Below, in pieces: positions 48,712-49,274 of a stretch of DNA of 49,274 bases. The position numbers and the translations under genes are program-made. Below the pieces are notes generated by a model. It saw nothing but the letters and a program-made list of their open reading frames with translations, was not told the origin of the DNA and ran no database searches. How positions within the stretch are numbered: the stretch's first letter is position 1; every line of letters starts with the position of its first letter. The DNA lies in assembly GCA_902384455.1 (NCBI GenBank), contig CABMCB010000053.1, forward strand, positions 1 through 49,274, written 5' to 3'. This stretch comes from an uncultured archaeon (GTDB taxonomy: Archaea; Altiarchaeota; Altiarchaeia; IMC4; SCGC-AAA252-I15).

Positions 48712-49274
48712 ATGAGAAAATATTTCATAATCATCATGGGATTAAGCATATTGTTCATAATATCGCTTGTTTGGTTGGGGTTAGCTCAGACGCCGATTAT
48801 AACATCCACAGGATGCACCCAAGACCTAGACTGCGGACTAAGCTTCTACACAGGAGAACCATTCTGCCGAAACAACACAATACAACGCTGGTTCATCCTA
48901 AAACAATGCAAGCAAAACAACTGCGTAACCACCCTCAAGACAATCAACACCACAGACTGCCCCGAATGCCAAAACCTATCTAAAACATGCTTTCAACCCA
49001 AAACAACCAAAATGCCCACATGCTTCGACGAAATAAGAAACCAATTCGAAGAAGGAGTAGACTGCGGCGGACCCGCCTGCACACCATGCCCCACATGCAC
49101 AGACAACATACAAAACCAAGGAGAAACACAAACAGACTGCGGAGGACCATGCAAACCATGCGAAACATGCTTCGACAAAATAAGAAACCAAAAAGAAGAA
49201 AGCATAGACTGCGGAGGACCAAACTGCTAACCATGCCCAACCTGCTCAGACGGAATACAAAACCAAGGAGAAAC
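48712..49274 (+). CDS. Secreted/anchored Cys-rich repeat protein; in-frame TAA at 49228-49230 with the repeat continuing to the window edge
   Basis: Signal/TM MRKYFIIIMG...; TCxDxIxNQxExxxDCGGP repeats. Confidence 0.7.
49018..49274 (+). repeat. Coding tandem repeat of about 72-75 bp (TCxDxIxNQxExxxDCGGPxC), at least 3.5 copies
   Basis: acatgcttcgac.aaataagaaacca, atacaaaaccaaggagaaac and gactgcggaggacc each recur. Confidence 0.8.

Noticed and set aside
2905-49230. Genome-wide TAA stop-codon reassignment
   Set aside because: TAA ends many conserved genes at the expected C-terminus (trpA, rli1, rfcS, aspS, alba); only two internal cases were seen
1-49274. Frequent CTTAAG as the skew-switch motif
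   Set aside because: It looks common but matches Leu-Lys codons and occurs throughout the tracts rather than at the switches; not counted formally

Overview
Archaeal chromosomal segment. It carries archaeal r-proteins and RNA polymerase subunits, Alba, RFC, GINS, ABCE1, archease, and a tRNA with a bulge-helix-bulge intron. A DPANN/Altiarchaeota-like affiliation is an impression only, from the extended r-proteins and Thr/Cys-rich surface proteins. From left to right: sugar-modification genes, a K+-independent H+-pyrophosphatase, a trpY-trpEGDCFBA operon, pgk and eno, a small CxxC cassette, the tRNA-Ser-S13-S4-S11-RpoD-tRNA-Leu-L18e-L13-S9-RpoN-RpoK-S2 cluster, HAD hydrolases, ABCE1, a K+ channel, a 796-aa orphan, aspS, alba, rpoF, L21e, ileS, glycosyltransferases, rfcS, a phosphohexomutase, archease, S27e, L44e, GINS and a protease-less Lon-like ATPase. 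Main observations: (1) the window is a mosaic of A/C-rich and G/T-rich patches that ignore gene orientation, and the sharp A/C-to-G/T switches sit on GGCC palindromes; (2) TrpD has a ~127-aa basic N-terminal extension with three AT-hook-like motifs; (3) four TRP-box-like hexamers with exact 10-bp periodicity overlap the trpE promoter; (4) IleRS has the non-canonical ALHH signature; (5) single in-frame TAA codons interrupt trpA and a Cys-repeat gene. No CRISPR array, rRNA or mobile element was seen. All calls are from reading the sequence; no searches were run.
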